64,000 nt of DNA from Octopus sinensis. Taxonomy: Eukaryota. This document shows, piece by piece, positions 58,073-64,000 of this stretch (positions are counted from its first letter, which is position 1; the number at the start of each line of letters is the position of its first letter). The notes below the pieces were generated by a model that was given only the letters and a program-made list of their open reading frames with translations, was not told where the DNA came from and ran no database searches. The DNA is taken from assembly GCF_006345805.1 (NCBI RefSeq), contig NC_043008.1:44454001-44518000 (forward strand), given 5' to 3'. The position numbers and the translations under genes are program-made.

Positions 58073-58486
58073 ATTGGTGATTGAAGAAATGGAGCTGAAC
58101 GCAGATTGAACAAAATCGTTTTATTTCATTCTACACGTGTTTCGAAGGCACAAATTACCAAAATCCGATGAATAATGGGACCATATTGTGTCTTCTCTTC
58201 GGAAGAAAAAAGGAAATCCGTTGGAAAAACAAAAACAGAACAGAGGCGGAGCAAAAAACAAATCCGGCTCTTAGGAGCACAGTTCGATTTGTTTTTGCTC
58301 CGCCTCTGTTCTGTTTTTGTTTTTCAACGGATTTCCTTTTTTCTTCCCGAAGAGAAAGACCAATATGGTCCCATTATTCAATCGGATTTTGGTAATTTGT
58401 GCCTTTCGAAACACGTGTAGAATGAAATAAAACGATTTCTGTTCAATCTGCGTTCAGCTCCATTTCTTCATTCACCAATAATGTTT
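58066..58486. mobile_element. Fold-back element with decayed hammerhead motifs (58341-58425 plus; mirror on minus)
   Basis: ~200-bp inverted arms. TTCTTC-CCGAAGA-GAAAG..CTTTC-GAAAC-ACGT-GTA-GAATGA. Left end abuts (TA)n. Confidence 0.8.
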
Positions 58487-58646
58487 CAATTTCAATTATC
58501 CGCACCAACGCAGGTTGCAACGCAGATGTTGTACCTCCAACCGTGCTGTTCACTGCTGTGATTTTGCTACTAAGGTATCGGTAAACTTTTGATTAATCTA
58601 CTACAAGATTATCATCTTTCTATTTCACTAATATATATATATATAT

Positions 58647-58944
58647 AATTGCAGCGTGGAAGGTGTTTATAAGCCATTTAAGAAACACACAAAAACCGTT
58701 AGATTCACTTCAACATTTTAAATTTAATTTGCTAAAATATTTTCGTCGCTTCGAGACCGCGACCTGCTCCCTAACAAAATTCCGTGCGGTATTCCGTGAT
58801 GCTGCACAGAATTTCGTCAGTGAACAGGTCGCGGTCTGAAAGCGACGAAAATATTTTGGCAAATTAAATTTAAAATGTTGAAGTGAATCTAACGGTTTTT
58901 GTGTGTTTCTTAAATGGCTTATAAACACCTTCCACGCTGCAATT
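58647..58944. mobile_element. Fold-back element flanked by (TA)n, carrying G3-C8 variant hammerhead motifs
   Basis: ~140-bp near-identical inverted arms (aattgcagcgtggaagg.../...ccttccacgctgcaatt). Confidence 0.85.
58813..58863 (+). ncRNA. Variant minimal hammerhead (core GUGAACA)
   Basis: TTCGTCA-GTGAACA-G-GTCGC..GCGAC-GAAA-ATATT-T-TGGCAAA. The mirror at 58728-58778 has a 7-bp stem I but a GGGAGCA core. Confidence 0.55.
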
Positions 58945-58948
58945 GCTG

Positions 58949-59057
<109 letters not shown>

Positions 59058-59590
59058 CATAGATAGATACATGGATAGATATATGAAGTGTAATTTGCAG
59101 TCAGTCCGCCATGTTATGCAATGAGATACATCAAATCGATGTGACAGAGGTAAGCTATATATACAAAATATATGCATCATCTTTCCAGCTGTCATTAAAA
59201 ATATAAAAATATGTGTATTAAATCCTTCTTTGTGATATGACATCAATTGGGCATCAATGATATGCATTTTGTTACAGACATCCATGAAACTACATCTTGA
59301 TATAATATGGTAAACCAGTGTATGGTATATACATTGGTATCTTTATTTACTTTAGAATCGCCGAGGCTCTGACCACGTATGAGACATGGCACAAGCACAC
59401 GACACTGATGAGCCACAAAGGGGTGAAATGTGCGGCTGTTCCATTCGTAGGCACTAACTGGCGATTTCGTTTCGCCTAGCTCTGAAGCATATTGCATTCT
59501 TTAAAAATACATCTATAGAAATGTTTCCAGCTTTCAAAGGAAACATATATTTCGACTATGTTTGTTGGTATATATATATATATATATATA

Positions 59591-59622
<32 letters not shown>

Positions 59623-59832
59623 GTAGAAAAATACAAACTGGGACAAGAACGTAAGACACACAGACACACATATATATATATATAAACTTCGGTATATTCA
59701 AAGATATTCAAATCAATATAATGTGACATCCTTGTCGCTACAGCCGTTTCCACACGCAATAAATTATATTAAATTAGTTTTAAATGTTCATATTGAAACT
59801 GGTTAATTGGGTATTTATCAGAAAGGAGTTAT

Positions 59833-59885
<53 letters not shown>

Positions 59886-59893
59886 TATATATA

Positions 59894-60129
59894 CGCGAGA
59901 AAGAAGCAACAAGAATGGATAGGTTTTTAGTACAATCGTTTCATACAAGGACAGGCTTTATTAAAAGTTGCAAAAATTATAGCATATAAACGTGTCCCGT
60001 ACTCATCAGCTAAAATACATGTGAGTTCTCTAGACATCCTAGTGGTTGAGGCTATACTCATGAAGTAATGTAGAAAATTAAGTAACATAAACAGATTTCC
60101 AAAGTTCATTAAAGTTCTTTAAAGATGAT
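59894..60129 (-). mobile_element. Solo copy of the 4621 PLE-type repeat; hammerhead at 59925-60015 (stem III loop GATT)
   Basis: Aligns by eye to 4621-4849 with scattered substitutions and a small insertion. Its 3' end abuts (TA)n. Confidence 0.85.
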
Positions 60130-60326
60130 GTACAGTCTTATCACAGAATTTTAAAAAATTTATATATATATATATATATATATATGTTTATTTTTGTTTG
60201 TCTTTGTGTTGAAGAGCGCAAGCCCGAAACGTAAAAGACTTTCTCAATTCCCGAGCGTTAAACTAATACATCTATTTGTTTACACACCCACCTTCGTCTT
60301 TCGTTTTGTTTGTTATTTTGTAAATT

Positions 60327-60412
<86 letters not shown>

Positions 60413-60422
60413 CATTATACAT

Positions 60423-60529
<107 letters not shown>

Positions 60530-60974
60530 CATACATACACACACATATGTATGTATGTATGCTTGTACCTGAAACGCTCGTCTTCGATCAGCATGTAAAT
60601 CGAGAATGGTTTCGTTTAAGAATATCCACCTACTGAATGTATATGAAATATGAAAGGAAAGTTTGAAGAGAAAGCTTATCTTTATGTCCTTCTGTTTGAA
60701 AGCGTTTGTGAAGGACACTTGAGTAAATAGTTGCTTCAAGCTCAAACATTTCATTTTCTTTTCCACTTCTCGTGATAAATATAATTTCACACGCCATAAA
60801 CTTCATTACGAGTGAAGTCATGAAACTGCGCCACTGTTTAACCAGTGTTCTCAAACAATAATTTCAAATAATACGTTTTCATTTTTGTCTTTACAATATT
60901 CGTTTTGTATATATAGAGATATGTACACGCATACATATAAATATACACACAGAATTCTATATTAATGTATACAT

Positions 60975-61367
60975 AAGCGCAGGCATGGTTCTGTGGTAAG
61001 AAGCTTTCTTCCCAACTACATGACTGTAGGTTCAGTTCCACTACGTGGCACCTTGGGCAAGTTTCTTCTAAAATAGACTCGTACCGACCAAAGCCATGTG
61101 AGTGGATTTGGTAGACAGAAACTGAAAGATGCCTGTCGTACATATACATGTATATATATATACATATATATATCTGTAAAATAATATGTGACAATTATTC
61201 AATAGCCAAGATAAAACTCTGAGTTGTGGATTTCCACTTCGGCATCCGAAACTCAGTTTTATCTTGGCTATTGAATAATTGTCACATATTATTTTACAGA
61301 TAAATTTCCTCTCTTTACATAATATTGAGGTCTCTTTCTTTCTTTTGTTATCCTACCGGTTTTACCA

Positions 61368-61417
<50 letters not shown>

Positions 61418-61625
61418 CGTAAGTCTGCGTTTGGCCCCCCATCATCACTTGACAACCGATGTTGGTGTGATTGTATCCCCGAAACGTAGCGGTTTGACAA
61501 AAGAGTACGTTAGACTAATTAGCAGGCTTACAAACAATAAGTCCTGGGGTCGATTTCTGCGACCAAAGGCGGTGCTCCATCATGGCCACAGCCGTCAAAT
61601 GACCGAAACTAGTAAAAGAATGAAC
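60975..61625 (+). mobile_element. SINE family B split by a PLE-type insertion in its internal TA tract
   Basis: 5' half ~60975-61150 and 3' half ~61415-61625. Confidence 0.8.
61171..61368 (+). mobile_element. Short PLE-type repeat with terminal fold-back (61171-61302), inserted inside a SINE
   Basis: Same family as 8281-8445. Retains GGCATCC-GAAAC-TCA-GTT-TTATC. Ends at (TA)n. Confidence 0.75.
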
Positions 61626-61694
61626 GGATAAAATAGCATATGCACATGCGCACACACACAGACATTAGTTTCAAATTTTAGCACAAGAGCAGCA

Positions 61695-61876
61695 ATATTA
61701 GAGGAGGGGGTAAGCCGATCACATCAACCTCGGTGTTCAACTGTTACTTACTTTATCGATCTCGAAAGGATGAAACTCTAAGTCAACCTCGGCGGAATTT
61801 GGACTCAGGACAGAAAAGGGCCGAAATGCCGCTAAGTATTTGTCCCGGCGTGTTCACTACCACAACAGCTCGACGG
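61695..61876 (-). mobile_element. Diverged SINE family A-related copy
   Basis: cgaaaggatgaaa..cctcggcggaatttggactc. Confidence 0.6.
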
Positions 61877-62322
61877 CATAATTCACCCACACATATTAAA
61901 ACGTATATGCATATCAATAAAACTTTCGAAACCAACATTTTTGTCGAAACCAACCACAAAAAGATTCAAGAACGCTCGAATTTACATTAGAAGCTCTAAC
62001 AGTTTAGTACTTTGGTAGTGTGCAATGGTTAATGTGATGTGAAACAATCACTCTCCACTCTCCACTCAGGTCAGCGCGTTTTCATTCCACCGCGTCTCAC
62101 AAACGCTTTAGAACTGCCAGGTAAAATGCCTGGTTATCAGTTTGACCAGGTGGGACAAACACTGTGTAGAAAATTCCTTTCGCATCGATGAAACAAATCA
62201 GTATCATCCTGACATTGGACTTCACTTGACGCAGTTTTGTGGGGCGTGGCGACATTGAATGCTTGCATTGACTACATTGACTACATTGCTGTTTCGTTTC
62301 CTGGTCGTAGCCGTAGCGCTAC

Positions 62323-62445
62323 CTTTCAGCGGGAACTTGTATCGATCTCGAAAGCGTGAAGCAACTTCAACCACGATGGCGTTTGAACTCAGAACGTAAA
62401 AACCAACGAAAAATACCATTAAGAATTCTGCCAGCTCGCCATTTT
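62323..62445 (-). mobile_element. Diverged SINE family A head
   Basis: tttgaactcagaacgtaa..ctgccagctcgcc. Confidence 0.5.
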
Positions 62446-63625
62446 AAAGTCTCACTGATTTAGGGAAAACCAATACAAGTGGCAAATATTTCTATATTTA
62501 CAAACATTTAAGTTAACGTCTCAAATTGTGAGCTTACCATTAAGAGCCAAACAAAATGAAGCAACGACCAGCGATAAAGCCAAATCTAAACATACATATA
62601 TAATATCCGTAAATAGAATTGCACAAAACAAAATATGAACACAAATGAGTTCAATAATATCTATGAGAAGATTATCTAAATTTATACAACATAAATATGA
62701 CAATTGTATATTACTGTTATTTAAAAGGATCAAAATATGATGCCTTTTCATAAAGGAATGTGTTCACTAACATACATACGAAAGACAGCCACAAGCAAAT
62801 AATAGCACCAAACCAGCTTCAAATCATACATTGAATAACTTTCCTAGATAGAAAGGCTTAAAATGAAGATGGGATGGTCACGGCAGGATTTCTCTGAACA
62901 AATTTCTGTGAAGGGAGAAGTCCAGATGGAATCTGTTGCTAAATGCCAAGAGAAATAAAAAATCACCAAAATGAACTGGAATGTCTCAATTTACAATATC
63001 AATGGTAAATATGTCTTTGAATAAAGACAAAGGAAATAAAAAAACATACAAATGATTTTTAGAGAAGGCAAACAATTGATATAAATGGTATAATAACGAT
63101 GTAGACAAAACGGAAATTTGAAAAGACAAGATTTGTATAGCGAGAGATCGCCACAGGCGGCAATGTTAACATGGACAAGTGCAACTTCAGATAAATAATT
63201 ATAAACGTAAACGAACCAATAGATAACCTGAATATCTTAGCATACATGTTGATGGAAAGCAAACACAAAACAGCCAATCCTTGATTTGTCATTGTCTAAA
63301 ATATCTAAAGTGTTATTGAAAATATATTTAATGATTTACTGAAAGAAGCAGCATGACACTTGAATGGCTCACATAAAGATAATAACGTTTTGATCGCCCA
63401 AAGTGAAGAGACATACAACTCAAGAACATAAGGAAATTTCAAGACAAACAAATATATCTGTTTGAAATTCACACGAATAAAAAGGCATACTATTAACAGC
63501 AGAATTGAATTTACGACACGGAAACAGGTGGATTTAAAGACAGTTAATGATTAGTACAAATGGAAATGCATCAAAATAATAAAGTATTTGTCTGGTCTTA
63601 GCTCGATAGCTAGATATCAAAACAT

Positions 63626-63850
63626 TCAATATTTGTATTTTATATATGATCCATGTCTATGAATTAGAGTACCCAATATGGCATATGTTCGCACATCGAG
63701 TGGCAGTTCTCCTATAGAGTTCTTTATCGGTTTTCCAAGTTTTCTTAGCCTCATGTTTTCTTGAAGAAAAGTCTGACTCGTTGCGGACTGTGGTATTGCT
63801 CGAGGTTTCATTCCTTTTGTTGGCATCCATTCCCATGATGTTTATATATA
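63626..63850 (-). pseudogene. Possible highly decayed RTE RT C-terminal fragment
   Basis: WMPTKGMKPRAIPQ resembles WxPxxGKRxRGRP. Confidence 0.3.
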
Positions 63851-64000
63851 CCTAACATGGATTTTGAATATCAACTAGATATAAGAAACCGAATATGTAC
63901 TCAAGTGTTGAGAAAATTACAATTAACCTTAAGTTACAACTTGATCACACTAGTAACATAAAATAAATATTCCAGCTTAACATTACCTTTGCTAATTTTC

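Noticed and set aside
59401-59440. ACA-CTGATGA-GCC..GGT-GAAATGTGCGGC-TGT hammerhead-like motif (similarly 60200-60239)
   Set aside because: The stem III/cleavage triplet or core is mutated. Treated as decayed relics only.

Overview
AT-rich eukaryotic genomic DNA, very dense in microsatellites and transposon debris. The SINE families and repeat landscape look like Octopus; this is inferred from recognising the sequence, not from a database search. Only one credible host gene is present: a single-coding-exon class A (rhodopsin-like) GPCR at 47159-48391 (+), preceded by a good splice acceptor. The rest is tRNA-derived SINEs (three families), Helitron-type non-autonomous elements, a dead mariner transposase, two TA-flanked MITEs, LINE fragments (CR1/L2, RTE, R4/NeSL-type, Penelope), a 5S rRNA-derived relic and simple repeats. 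Nearly all ORFs in the track are microsatellite artefacts. The main unexplained structure is a set of five mutually unrelated 300-490 bp fold-back elements (777, 4621, 8363, 58066, 58647). Each carries a type I minimal hammerhead-ribozyme motif in both arms, always pointing outward and next to (TA)n. Across them the core 3-8 base pair appears as C-G, U-A and G-C. The best reading is Penelope-like-element (PLE) termini that were inverted-duplicated. No ribozyme activity is demonstrated here.
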